64,000 nucleotides of DNA from Octopus sinensis (GCF_006345805.1 NC_043006.1:91450001-91514000), one strand, 5' to 3'; shown: positions 1 through 12,440, counted from the first letter of the stretch. Notes: generated by a model from the sequence alone, not told the origin. Numbers and translations: made by a program.

Positions 1-830
1 TCGTTAGAAGGGAAGCAAACATTAAACTTGGCCACAATCTATGCCATCCATTTTTCAGCGTTGATGTTTTCACAGACTTCCATGCATTGGCAACACAGTA
101 CACCGCATCCTTAATGTTGAATTCGCTATGGAACTTCTGTACTGGGTTTGCCTGAATTAATTGAACTCATTAGGCGCCTCATTAACAGGGATCGATACTT
201 GCACTTCATTGAATGTATAATACCATTGTCCTGTGGTTGAATTACTAATGTGCAGTTGGGTGGGAGGTAGACAACAAAAACATTATCTTTCACTTGATGA
301 TCGGCTTTTGAATGTGCCGCACAAATGTCTAACATAAGAACTGCATTTAGGGTTTAGTCCAACTGAGTTGCAATGAGCAACAAATCATTTTCGAAACCAA
401 TTCAATGTAATATCAGTGGTAACCCATCCCTTCTTGTTGGTACGGTAATGGATAGCAAAATTGTGTCATTCCCTTGAAGGCCCTCGGATGTAAACTTCTC
501 CCGATAACAAGCGACTTACATCTATGAGTAGCCGCAGCATTAAAGCTGCACATTACCGTGATGCCATCCTTTGAAGCTTTAAATCCCGATGGCGATTTTG
601 CATTCTCAGTTGAGTTCTTTTTGGTGTACATCTCCAAAACAAGGCAATCTCGTCAGCATTGTACACGTGTTCAGGACTTAAATGTTCATCACTAACTAAC
701 TTTGCAAATTCATCCACATACGCACTAGCCGCATCTTTGTCTGATGAGCGTTTTACCATCATACACCACACGAAACTGTAAGCCATGTCACGACTTGAAA
801 CGATGCAGCCAACCTTCTGAATATTCACGC
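1..830 (-). pseudogene. Tigger/pogo-family (CENP-B-like HTH + DDE_1) transposase relic, frameshifted
   Basis: Minus-strand fragments in successive frames read EGWLHRFKSRHG (HTH end), VYNADEIALFW, GFKASKDGITV...LVIGRSLHPRAFK, YLPPNCTLVIQPQDNGIIHSMKCKYR and ANAWKSVKTSTLKNGW. These are characteristic pogo/Tigger motifs in the expected order. Confidence 0.85.
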
Positions 831-1004
831 TTGGCTGCAGTCAAGTCTGACACAAATAAAAGAATATATGTATCTGACAAGAAATAATTTTCATTTCTTT
901 TTATGGAAACATAAAAAAACATAAAGGATTGCAGAAAAAATCATTGATTAGAAAACAAACATGAAATTCGGGCCAACGACTTTATATAACCCCTCGCTTC
1001 TATA

Positions 1005-1057
<53 letters not shown>

Positions 1058-1144
1058 TAAAAGTACAAAAATATATGGACCTGCCCGGATAGGTCCTTAT
1101 ATGTGTGTGTATATACATACATACATACATACACACACACACAT

Positions 1145-1179
<35 letters not shown>

Positions 1180-1236
1180 CATACATATATATATATATAC
1201 ATATAATATATATGTATATATATATATATATATTAT

Positions 1237-1277
<41 letters not shown>

Positions 1278-1282
1278 ACAAT

Positions 1283-1690
1283 GCCTGCTTTCTCTTATGT
1301 CCCTGCCGTTAGGTTTCACTTATTCACACGTCAGCTTAATTTAATTCGTCCTTAGTCGAAAGACACCTGTTGCTAATGTCCCGTTGTTTGCATTTGTATT
1401 TGTGTACCATTTCTCTATTTATTTTTTCGTCCTTGTTTTTGTATACATTCGCTGCTTTCTTGCAAGGAATCTAGTGCTCTTAGCTTAGAAATTCCTTGTG
1501 GCTGGCCAGATTGGAACAGTCTCGAGTATAACCAGCCGAAACTTCAAAGATGATCTAGAACTCGACTTAGGAAAGAAACTCTGAATGACCCGTCCTTGTT
1601 TTTTCTTGTCCCTTTTTGTATCATCCAACTGTCTTGATGCTTTGTTGTCGCCTGTTACGTTCTTGTCCCATTTTTAATATTCTTTTTTAT
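1283..1690. repeat. Unclassified interspersed repeat, possibly a decayed Penelope pLTR fragment
   Basis: Non-microsatellite block between (TA)n tracts. It contains a GGCTGG...CCAGCC stem followed by GAAAC, but no intact CTGANGA. Confidence 0.3.
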
Positions 1691-1722
1691 ATACATATAG
1701 CGACGTACGTACACTTTGGTCT

Positions 1723-1755
<33 letters not shown>

Positions 1756-1759
<4 letters not shown>

Positions 1760-2064
1760 CATAAATAAGGGCAAACGATATGTCCAATTTCTCGGCATGA
1801 CTTAGTGTTTGCTTCTTCCATGGGTATGAGTAAGTATCTCATTTATTTCTTTTGCCACAGGTATCACTGACGAAGGGAGGCTGTTATGAGCTAACCCTGA
1901 AATCGGTCCGATATGGTAATAATGGAATTTTTTAGAAATTTCTGTCGACCTTTTTTCGAGTAGCGTGCGTAATGTGAAAAAATTATATGGTTAATGGACA
2001 ATATGTCCAATTTTTCGGCATATTTGGCATTAGAAATTTTTTCGTTTGCCCTTATTTATGAAAT
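1756..2064. mobile_element. ~310-bp element with 23-bp terminal inverted repeats and an internal hammerhead
   Basis: ATTTCATAAATAAGGGCAAACGA at 1756-1778 and its reverse complement at 2042-2064. Direct repeat ATATGTCCAATTT(C/T)TCGGCAT near 1778 and 2002. Confidence 0.7.
1862..1918 (+). ncRNA. Type I hammerhead ribozyme motif
   Basis: TATCA-CTGACGA-AGGG[..]CCCT-GAAA-TCGGTCCGA-TA-TGGTA. Stem I is 5 bp (one G-U), stem II is 4 bp and stem III is near-palindromic. Predicted cleavage after A1913. Confidence 0.8.
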
Positions 2065-2321
2065 GTTTATAAATTTAACCTTTCAAGGTATTTTTTAATA
2101 TGCTGGCCATTGATAAAACTTTTTTCAAAAAGAATTTCTTTTCGAAAAAGAAAAAAAAAAAAATATCCTACATTATATATATATATGCACGATATAGTGC
2201 ATATTTATACACATAAGGAATCCACTTAGGGTGAGATTCAACACATTATAGAACCACAAAAATAACGGATAAAATTTGACAGGAATAAATTTGGAAATGA
2301 AAAACGTTTACCATCAAGTAC

Positions 2322-2392
2322 CCTGGACCAAATTGGTTTCTGATCTTCTTTTAGCAAGTCGGGGGAACTCGCAAGGTATGATCTTCAGCAGG
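2322..2392 (-). ncRNA. Type I hammerhead ribozyme motif (one mismatch in stem II)
   Basis: Minus strand: CCTG-CTGAAGA-TCAT[GCGAGT/ACTTGC hairpin]ATCA-GAAA-CCAATTTGG-TC-CAGG. GUC cleavage predicted between 2326 and 2325. Confidence 0.7.
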
Positions 2393-2479
2393 CAGCCCCA
2401 GCAACTTGTCACGTGACACTGTCTCAACTTTAACTGACCATATATATGCATTACATGTATGTGTGTATGTGCCTTTGTG

Positions 2480-2650
2480 TTTTTTTACTGGCCGTTTGAC
2501 AACCGGTGTTGTTTTCTTTATGTCCCCGTGACTTATCGGCCTGGAAAGCGACTGAATAGAATAAGTACTAGATTTTTTAAAAATAAGTACCGGGGTGGAT
2601 TTCTCCACGAAATCCTTCAAGTTGTTGCCTGGTCCGAATGCTACGACTGA
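2480..2650 (+). mobile_element. SINE family A, 3' half (diverged)
   Basis: TTGACAACCGG...GTCCCCGT...ATAGAATAAGTAC matches the 3' body of the complete copies at 25543-25955 and 60016-60505. Confidence 0.6.
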
Positions 2651-3702
2651 AACCAGTAAAAGATAAGAGATAACGCACGACATAATATTCCTAACCCGAC
2701 AGATTGCTTTCAAAACGTTTTGTACCAGACTTTCTGGCCATGCAGAGTACATCAGGACTGGTGACCTACTATTAAGTAAAGAGGTAAATGGAGGCAAACT
2801 ACGTCCTGATCAATCCCAGTTGAAATATTTCAGCGTTGTTTACTGCTCTGATTGTAGACAAAGGTTGTTCTTTTCCCTTGTTGTCCCCTCAATAGAAAAC
2901 ATTTGTAACGCGTGTGCATAATTTTATTGACAAGTGGAAATTTGCTTGTAAAAGCATTTGAATAACTGTAGCAAGATATATGGAAAGCAAAATAAAACTA
3001 AAAAATATCCCGGAAAACAAAACCAATAATAATCGATACCATACCGTCCAATAATCCTTTTCGCACAATGGAGTAAGAATTCCCAGTGCTTTCCTCCCTC
3101 TCTCGTTCTCGCTTTCTCTCTTTCTTTCTCCCTCTCCCTTTTTCTCTCTTACAGAAACTTTCTAGAACAATGTACATTTTGCTTTAAAGGAAAGGAATGG
3201 TTGAGTGTCTGTATTACAGCTGAATATATTATTAGTCTATAAAAATATATACATTATTATATTCTATAATATATAATATTCACTCTATTATTAGTATTTA
3301 TTTTATCGTAATAGGAAGAAAGGAAATACCAAATTCGGGTGGCATTTCAAGGAAAGGATTTTGGTATTTAATCCCGTTTGAAAAAATTACGCTGTTCTAC
3401 ATTCGGTAAAATATGTATGTATGTATGTATGTATGTGTATGTATGTATGTATGTATGTATGTATGTATGTATGTATGTATGTGTCTGTCTGTCTATCTAT
3501 CTATTACCATACATACATGCATGCATATATATATATATTATATATATATATGCATATACTCGTATATACATATATATATGTATATATATATATATGCATA
3601 TATATATATACATATATATGTATATATGCATATATATATATAATATATATAAATGTATACATATATAAATATATACAAATGTATACATATATAAATACAC
3701 AC

Positions 3703-3761
<59 letters not shown>

Positions 3762-3819
3762 TATATATATGTATATATATGTGTGTGTGTGTGTGTGTAT
3801 TTGTGTCTCTGCCCCCACC

Positions 3820-3995
3820 CCGACCACCGCTTGGCATCCGGTATTGGTATGTTTGCGTCCCCGTAACTTGACGGCTCGGTAAAAAGAGATCGATAGCCAG
3901 AGTACCAGTCCTGGGGTTGATTCATTCGAATAAAAATTCTTCAAGGCGGTGCCCCAGCATGGCTGCAGCCTGATGACTAAAACAAATAAAAGATG
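3820..3995 (+). mobile_element. SINE family A, 3' half
   Basis: GTCCCCGTAAC...GGCGGTGCCCCAGCATGGCTGCAGCCTGATGACTAAAAC tail. Confidence 0.7.
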
Positions 3996-4106
3996 AAATA
4001 TATTTACAGTAATTTGTGAACATTAGCGTCGTTGTCTTCTCAAGAGACTAATCTTCTTTTCTCTGCATTTCCGACCAAATAGTTTCTGTGTACTAAATGT
4101 ACTGAG

Positions 4107-4217
4107 AAGGCTTTAGTCGGCCCTCAGCTATAGTAGAAGACACTTGCCAAAGGTACCACGCAGTGGGAGTGAACCCGGAACCATGTGGTTGGGAAGCAAC
4201 CTTTGTATCACACAGCC
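4107..4217 (-). mobile_element. SINE family A, tRNA-derived 5' half
   Basis: Reverse complement of GGCTGTG...GGTTCCGGGTTCACTCCCACTGCGTGGTACCTTTGGCAAGTGTCTTCTACTATAGC. Confidence 0.75.
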
Positions 4218-4459
4218 AAAATATAAATTTAAGACGTTTGCAAAAACTACTCTGGTTGCTATAAAGAATTTCTGTCTGAAAATAAGTCTCAACTATTGCA
4301 GACGATGAATAATAATAATGTCTCGCACATGTCTAACAGAGATTCTACTTCGAATGCAAAGTAAGCGACCACCTTCTTGAAACAGCAAATTCTAAAATAA
4401 ACATTACATCTTAAATGGAAGAAGAAGAAGAAGAAGGAGAAAAACGAAAGAAAGAGAAG

Positions 4460-4610
4460 GAGAACAGCACGGTTGTCTGGGATTTCCTCGATATAGCAAA
4501 ACCTTTCAGAAACAAATTAAAGAGTTGTAACATCTGTTTAACTGAAACATTTTATATCAGGCAAACAGAAGGTCAGAGCAGACATCCATCTGTTAAGATG
4601 TGATATATTT
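4460..4610 (+). pseudogene. Penelope-like element endonuclease C-terminal relic
   Basis: ORF 4415-4603 reads VVWDFLDIAKPFRNKLKSCNICLTETFYI, paralleling LNWKILTSAPVYNGKNKKCSLCINEIFFI of the element at 22619-22900. Confidence 0.6.
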
Positions 4611-4819
4611 CTTATTCATTGTATACGTTATTCATGCCGTCTATTATTAATGTTATATTTTATTCGAGTGTCGTGCGACTGATATGTGTGTGTGTTATTC
4701 AAGCGTAAACATTCTGCTTTTGCCACAAACAAAAAGCCATACTCAGGTGACGTCATATATCACATGACCTCTCACAAAATATCTGGTATTTCTACCGCTA
4801 ATATTTACCTGGTTATCGG

Positions 4820-4975
4820 TTAAGACGGCGAGCTGGCAGAACCTTTAGCATGCCGGACAAAATGCTTAGCGGCGTTTCGTCCGCCTTTACTTTCTGAGTT
4901 CAAATCCCACCGATGTCGACTTTGCCTTTCATCCTTTAGGAATCGATAAAAGAAGTCGAGTACTAGAATAGATGT
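4820..4975 (+). mobile_element. SINE family B (tRNA-derived)
   Basis: GGCGAGCTGGCAGAA...CTGAGTTCAAATCCCACCGATGTCGACTTTGCCTTTCATCC; A/B-box-like head. Confidence 0.8.
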
Positions 4976-4986
4976 AATCTCTCTCA

Positions 4987-5037
<51 letters not shown>

Positions 5038-5062
5038 CGTATAAATATACATACATATATAT

Positions 5063-5111
<49 letters not shown>

Positions 5112-5167
5112 CATACATACATATATATATATGTGTGTGTATGTGTGTGTATATGCATATACACACA

Positions 5168-5393
5168 CTAGTGTGTGAGGGCTGGTGTGATGTGGTGTGG
5201 TATGGTGGTTGCGGTGTGGTAAGTTGTGGTGTGGTGTGTGTGTATATGGTATGGTGGTTGCGGTGTAGTAAGTTGTGGTGTGATGTGTGTGTATATGCAT
5301 ATACACACACACCACACCACAACTTACCACACCGCAACCACCATACCACACACCACCATACCACACCACATCACACCAGCCCTCACACACTAG
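5168..5393. repeat. Foldback of (GT)-rich/(CA)-rich arms centred on TATATG|CATATA
   Basis: CTAGTGTGTGAGGGCTGGTGTGATG... at 5168 is the reverse complement of ...CATCACACCAGCCCTCACACACTAG ending at 5393. Centre at 5297/5298. Confidence 0.8.
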
Positions 5394-5738
5394 CACTGAC
5401 CACTTCCCAGCACCATCACCATCATCCACACACCTACACATGCACACACGCACACGTCAAGGGCACCAGCCCCTATCCACACGCACATACACGCTCTCAC
5501 ATACAAACGCACGCGCACCTTCGTTTTGGGATCACCGCTACTATTTTTTTATCTCCCCTTCTTCCTATCTCTCCTGTCTGACCGCCTATGTCCGGCCATC
5601 GCCATAATTGATCGCTAGCCACTAAACCTTTTTTATTTTCTCTCTCTGCTTATTTCTGTGTACATATCTGTTGAAGAGCGTTACACACTTTCTGATTTAT
5701 TTATTATAATATATATAATATACATATCACACACACAC

Positions 5739-5819
<81 letters not shown>

Positions 5820-6253
5820 CATACATACATACATACATACACATACACACGCCACGCACACAGACACATAATTTTATTTCCGTATAATTCGAAGAATTAC
5901 TCGAAAATAGAGTCAAAATAGTTTTTATTACGTATACGCCAAATGCATCCGAAGATTTGGAATTTGGAAATGTAATTGGAATGTATCACGTCCGTAGCCT
6001 TTTGTTCTTCCAGATAGAGTTATAAGAACTTAATGATAGAATTTCAAGAACTTGTGTATCTCAGAAGTTTAAGAATTGTTCTGCTGAAGTAAGATGTGAA
6101 ATGATGCAGTTCCTGTCTGTATAAATAGATGACCTGTTCCGTTATTTGACTCATGCTATCCACCATAATACACACTCACAGAAGCATACATATACGCACA
6201 TCTACACGCAATTACATACATACATACACATACATATAATATATATATATATA

Positions 6254-6321
<68 letters not shown>

Positions 6322-6813
6322 TATGCATATACGTACGCACAAAAGAATAAAGCTTTTGGCGTGGCACCAACAACTAATTTTTGATCGAATTTCAAATCAA
6401 ATGGGAAATAAAAACGATCTAAGAATAGTTTATCTACTGATTATTATGGGTTAAAGGATCTTATTCAATTTTTTTTTGGGGAACAGGAATTAACCTCATC
6501 TAAGATAATCATGAGTAACGAGGCGAAAATGGCGTATACATGGCTTGAAGGCATTCTAACAAAAGAATCCTTTTCAGTCGAAATGATATGTCGTAACTAC
6601 CAAATTGACCGTAGTTTTCTTATTTCTTGCAGCAAGTAATCTCTTGAATAACAGGCAGAGCATATCTAATTGAAGATATCTGCACCATAGTTAGAAGTGC
6701 GTATCGTTTTGAAATTTCGAATGGACAAAAAGAAAGGGAAAAAAACGCCAAGAAAAATAGAGCAACTGTCCTTAATTTAATGCCGTGTGCTTGTGTGAGT
6801 GTTTGTATGCGCG

Positions 6814-6849
<36 letters not shown>

Positions 6850-7446
6850 TGTGTGTGTCCCTAGCTTCATATTTAGACTTTATTTGAGTTGGCGATACGT
6901 TATCTTTGATTAAACCAAATGATAATGGATTCTCAACGAGAATAGAACTTTACAGACCGAAAATGCACGCAATAGATTTCGCTCCGCATTTCAGAATTTT
7001 CATCAAAAACAACAGCAATGATGGCATGAATATATTTAGAAATATTTTTTCTTTTTATTCTTTTCAACACTTGGCCATTCATTGTGTTGAGCATTAGCAT
7101 TCATTGTCCGGAATAAACATTTCAGGTCAATAATGGCATCAAAGTTCCACACTAATAACAAAATTACATTTTTCTTTTGTTCTGTTTGGTTGCAGATTTT
7201 GTCTGAAGATTGAAGCTATGAATTTTCATGTTCAATATTATTGTAACCAGTCAAGCTTTTGAAACAAAGGTAAAAATAAAATGAAAACAAAAAAAAAAAA
7301 AAGAAAAACCGTATGTTTTTTTTTTGCAATGGTTAAAGGATAAAAGAAGCTTTAGTAAAACCGGAATAGCAAAGATTATTTATAATATAAGCACAAGGTT
7401 ACAAATTTAGGGCAAGTGACATTGCATTAACAGGTATTTAGTTCAT

Positions 7447-7660
7447 TAAGGCGGCGAGCTGGCAGAAACGTTAGCACGCCGGGCGAAATGCGTAGCCGTT
7501 CTGAGTTCAAATTCCGCCGAGGACGACTTTGCCTTTCATCCTTTCGGGGTCGATAAATTAAGTACCAGTTACGCACTGGGGTCGATATAATCGACTTAAT
7601 CCGTGTGTTTGTCCTTGTTTGTCCTCTCTGCGTTTAGCCCTTTGAGGGTAGTAAAGAAAT
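7447..7660 (+). mobile_element. SINE family B, full length with 15-bp target-site duplication
   Basis: TAAGGCGGCGAGCTGGCAG...AAAGAAAT flanked by AGGTATTTAGTTCAT at 7432-7446 and 7661-7675. Confidence 0.9.
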
Positions 7661-8649
7661 AGGTATTTAGTTCATGAATCCCTAATGGACGAAAACCAAA
7701 GTGAACCTAAGAGAGATTTGTAATCAGAAAGTAAGTGGACATATTAATGTAGCACAAAATATCCCGGATGTTGCCCTTACGCCGTGGTCGTCATTCAGTC
7801 TGCTTCAATAGAAACGTAATTGTTAAGATGGATATCAAAAAATTAATAATTAGTAGCGGAAAACAATAAACATTTGAGAATATCAAGTATCGACTCGTAA
7901 TAACATAATGTGTGTACAATGATGGAACGGCAGTAGCAGAGACCCGTGTGTTAGACACGCAGAGCTTCATCACTTAGAGAATTGGTGGATCGTCAGATTC
8001 AGTTTTCACCTGCTTTGATATCCGCAGTGATACATGTTCGAGACATTCTGAGCCGAGCCGAACTAATTTACCGATGTGTATTAACTGAATTGCAACCAGG
8101 TTAGCTTTCGCATAAATCAGCAACTTTTATTTCCTTTTATTTACCGATTTCTATATCGGAACAAAACATTTTTACCCAAATTATAGATGTGTTACTCATC
8201 AGCATTTTAATATGCAGTTGTTTCTTGTGAATACATCAGATTGTTCAGTAATATTACACCAGATGGCAGTATGAGATCAGTATTTTAAATAATATAACAT
8301 CAATATATCCATTATATATACAGTATGTATATGATTATCTTGCTTATACAGTGACACTGACAATTCAGACGTTTTCTGTATTGTTTGGTAGTGAGTCTAT
8401 AAACGTGGAATATTTTAATTTTCGAGGAACGTGTCAAAGACACTTGTGTGTTAGAAATGTCGGGCCTCAATCAGAAACCCCGGCAGAAATAATGAAGAAT
8501 ATTGTTTTAGTAAGAAAGTAATAAAATCAGCTGGGCGGTGCTAAAACAAAATTACTACAAACAACAATTAACACATTATGAAAGAAACATAAACACCAAT
8601 GGCGGACTTTATGGCAATCTAATTCCAACAACAACAACCACAACAACAA

Positions 8650-8850
8650 CATTACGAGAACAAAGAGATTAAGGTTTATTGGTCACTGTTGAAGAAGTGA
8701 ATATAAAGTCGGTTGTTGCTATGGAAGCCTATTCATGGTGCAAGATCGAAAGATCTCAATTTATATAACATTGACCAATTAATACGAGACACTACGGATA
8801 CGAGATATTGAGTGGACCAACGACCTAAAATGAACGTCTGTTGCATAAGT
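8650..8850 (+). pseudogene. LINE RT C-terminal relic (RTE/RTEX-like)
   Basis: Two frames give LRFIGHC*RS then LWKPIHGARSK...IDQLIRDT, a C-terminal motif series typical of RTE-group LINEs. Confidence 0.5.
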
Positions 8851-9659
8851 TGCTTGTTAGGGGTGTCCGAGTTCGGTTCTAGATGAAGAATAAACGAAAA
8901 AAAGAAATAGTTATTATAGTAATTAGAGGATGATTTCCCGGACTATCAGCTGAACAGATTGGAAATTATTGACGACAGTGATCTCAAGCGGTCATCTGGT
9001 GTAGTATATTACTGGATGTAAATATAGTTCAGAATTGGATCCGAACAAATAACCTTTATTTTTGAAGTTATTTCTAAACGAAAGAAGAAAAAAATGTAAT
9101 AATGTTCTCATCTGATACAACGCCAGCAGCGAGGAGAATCTGCAACGATGTACACATCCAGGAATAAGATACTTAATGACGACCAGAGATCAAACCGATT
9201 GAAACATAGAGCACTGTGTGTGTATACACACACAGGCACAGACACACACAGACACTCACACACACACACACACACACACACTCTCTCTCTCTCTCTCTCT
9301 CTCACACACGCGAGCGCGCGCATAGATTATATATACTTAAGGTAAGGTTAATAGTCCGGAAAATGTTAATATTAGTAACAACTCACTTCTGACATTTTGG
9401 TATCTAATTTTTCTTGTAAGACGCATAGATTTGAACTTTAAGTGCAATTTTTGTGTTTTATGCATTTTATATTACGGACAAGCAAGCAACGGTTAAAAAT
9501 GTCTCAAAGTTCAGCATTACGTACACACACACTCACACACACACACACACACTCACATACACACACTATATGTGTGAGTGCGTGCGAGTGCGTGTGCGTG
9601 TGTATGCATGCATATACATACATGCAGACAAACAAAAACACCTACATATAACTATATTC

Positions 9660-9835
9660 TTTTCTACTCGAGGCACAAAGCCCAAAATTTTTGGGGAGGG
9701 GGGGACAGTCGATTAGATCGATCTTAGTACGCAACAGGTACTTAATTTATCGACCCCGAAATTATGAAAAGCAAAGTCGACCTCGGTGGAATTTGAATTC
9801 AGAACTTAAAGACAGACGAAATACCGCTAAGCACT
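9660..9835 (-). mobile_element. SINE family B
   Basis: GGTACTTAATTTATCGACCCCGAAA...AAAGTCGACCTCGGTGGAATTTGAA...GAAATACCGCTAAGCA (reverse orientation). Confidence 0.75.
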
Positions 9836-9913
9836 GAAACAATATATATATGTATGTGTGTGTGTGTGTGTGTGTGTGTGAATGTGTACTTATATATGTG
9901 TTTAAAATATGTA

Positions 9914-10355
9914 AAGAAGCTTGCTTCCCAACTATATGGTTTCAGGTTCAGTGCCACTATATGGCACCTTGGGGAAGTGTCTTCTTCTATGGTGGATTTG
10001 GTTGACGGAAACTGAAAGAATCCCGTCGTATATATATATATATATATATAGCTAGAATTTGAAAAACAACAAACAAAACAAAAGACGAAGACGGGTGTGT
10101 AAACAACAAAAGATGAAATAATGTATGTATATATATATGTAAGTATGTATGTGTGTATGTATGTATTTATGAATGTATTTGTGTGTGTGTATTTGTCCTC
10201 CCACCATCGCTTGACAACCAGCGTTGTTGTGTTTACGTCCCCGTAACTTCGCCGTTCGGCAATAGACCGATAGAACGAGTCCTGGGGTCGATTTGTTCGA
10301 TTAAAGGCGGTGCTCCAGCATGGCCTCAGTCAAATGACTGAAACAAGTAAACGAA
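9914..10355 (+). mobile_element. SINE family A, diverged near-full copy with internal microsatellite
   Basis: AAGAAGCTTGCTTCCCAAC...GGCACCTTGGGGAAGTGTC head; GGCGGTGCTCCAGCATGGCCTCAGTCAAATGACTGAAACAAG tail. Confidence 0.8.
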
Positions 10356-10449
10356 TAAAAGAAAGTACAGGTTCTCATGTATATATAAATACAGATAAAT
10401 ACATACCAACAGACACGCATATATGTGTGCGTGTGTGTGTCTAGGTAGG

Positions 10450-10518
<69 letters not shown>

Positions 10519-11319
10519 GTGAGGATAAATAAGGAGACATGTACCAGTAATTTGTCGGTGACTTAATTGTTGGCATGGAAAACACTTTAGCGATCGAGTC
10601 CTGCTCAGACATAACTTATACGCTTATTCGTAATATTTTCAAAATAATCGCCCTAATACAACTGAACATTGACCAGACACGGATTAAAAATGTAGTCGCT
10701 AATATATGTATGTCAAAATCACGATCTCACTAATTTGCACAGATCTCAACCAAACGTTTGTATCTTCAAATTGTATGCAAGACAGCTCTAGCGTTAAGCT
10801 TTGTGTTTTCCGATAGATTTCTTTTTCAGTGTGGAAATATGTTGTTAGGAAATATAATAAATTTGCCTAGACGAGCCTTTTCTATTTAGATGAAGGAAAA
10901 AACACCATTTCTCACAGTTAAAAGCAAAAGCTTTTATTCAATCTACATAGATGGGCGTTGGAAGTATTTCAACTCATGTAACCTTTCTCATGAGGGTTGT
11001 ATGTATTTATTGTGTAAAGTAAGTTGTGTGTGCGTGATTAAGATATAGAGTGAAAGAGAGAAAGAGGCTGAGACAGAGCAGGAGAGGGAGAGAGGAAGAG
11101 AGAAAGAGGGAGAGAGAGAGCACATAAATATATCAACTCGCTGCTCCCTTTCTACAAAACAGCATTATAGTATCGGTAGACAATCACACTTTGTAACACT
11201 CATCCATTTTATGCACAGACGGCTTCGAAATACGCGCAGCTTTACCATTAAAGGGAATGTTATATAAAACAAGCAGCGTTAATAATTATATTAATCCCTC
11301 CTAGTTTTGACACAAGGCC

Positions 11320-11655
11320 GGTAATTTTGAGGGGAGGGGCAAGTCGATCGCAGTACTTGACTGGCACTTTTACTGTAATTGATTGTGAAGGGATGAAAGG
11401 CAAAGTTGACCTGGGCGAGATTTGAACTCGGAACTTAAGGAGTCGGAAAAAATGCCGTTAAGTATTTTGTCCGATGCGTTAAAGATTCTGCCAGCTCACC
11501 GTTTTGATAATAATTATTATCGTTTCAAATATGGCACAAGGCCAGCATTTTTGGGGAGGGATAATAGTTTACATGAACTCTGGTACATGGACTCCAGTAC
11601 TCAATCCCGAAAGAATGAAAGGTAAAGCCGACCTCGGCGGAATTTGAACTCGGAA
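11320..11655 (-). mobile_element. Two adjacent diverged SINE family B copies
   Basis: GATGAAAGGCAAAGTTGACCTGGGCGAGATTTGAACTC and GAATGAAAGGTAAAGCCGACCTCGGCGGAATTTGAACTC. Confidence 0.65.
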
Positions 11656-11810
11656 TGTGTGGGAAGAGGGTCGAAAGCGTGACTCATATTGTTAGTGCTT
11701 GTGAAAGTCTTGCACAGAAAGTTTGCAAGCGTAGACACGACAAAGTATCCCAAAACCTCCACTGGCTACTATGCCGTAAATATGGATGTGAGGTAACGGG
11801 TGCTTGGTAT
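11655..11810 (+). pseudogene. R4/Dong-type non-LTR retrotransposon fragment (CCHC knuckle region)
   Basis: CGKRVESVTHIVSACESLAQKVCKRRHDKVSQNLHWLLCRKYG parallels CKQQNETIDHVVSKCSLLAPTEYLNRHDRAAQYIHWVICK of the copy at 49.5 kb. Confidence 0.75.
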
Positions 11811-12008
11811 ATGTATGTATATATATATATATCACAGCACTTTGTCTTGGCTACACGCGGGTGGGAAGGGACTGGTGACACAAGCTTTCATTCACACTTT
11901 GAATTTGGTGATACTAGCTGTGGCTTCTAGCTCGCTCTGATACTGAGTTGAGTTGGTGCCTTCTAGTATCTCAAAATTCAATATACAATCATTCATGATT
12001 GTTGGTAT

Positions 12009-12100
12009 CCTGCGCTGATGAGAGAAGAAGTCTGGGTAAGGTAGAATTATCTAATTCTTATGCTTTCCTAAGACTTGATCTCGAAACGTACGTCCGTAGG
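12009..12100 (+). ncRNA. Type I hammerhead ribozyme motif with long stem II
   Basis: CCTGCG-CTGATGA-GAG[..AAGTCT..AGACTT..]CTC-GAAA-CGTACG-TC-CGTAGG. Stem I is 6 bp, stem III is the palindrome ACGTACGT, and GUC cleavage is predicted after C12094. Confidence 0.88.
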
Positions 12101-12297
12101 TGACTTAAAAATGTATGATAGATTGCCGTTAATTCATTCTCTCTTACCTGTTTGTGTTTGCCTTTCAAATGCTGTGTCTTTACTGTGATCTCCCTTTTAG
12201 TAGAAGAAATAGCTATAATCTCTTTGACTGCTATTTCTAAATTCGGTGTGCGGTAAGGCAATTCGTTGCTAAACCCTTAATTGCTTAGTATATATAA

Positions 12298-12337
<40 letters not shown>

Positions 12338-12354
12338 TATATAATATATATGTA

Positions 12355-12440
<86 letters not shown>

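Noticed and set aside
736-795. CTGATGAG...CGAAAC hammerhead-like string
   Set aside because: Stems II and III do not pair, and it lies antisense within transposase coding sequence; likely chance.
1490-1565. GGCTGG/CCAGCC stem followed by GAAAC
   Set aside because: No CTGANGA upstream and no convincing stem I or III; at best a decayed remnant.
6014-6089. Exon-like segment between TTTTGTTCTTCCAG and GTAAGA
   Set aside because: Stops in all three frames; a non-coding exon cannot be supported without RNA data.
7197-7269. Exon-like segment after a strong pyrimidine tract
   Set aside because: Stops in all three frames and a weak donor.
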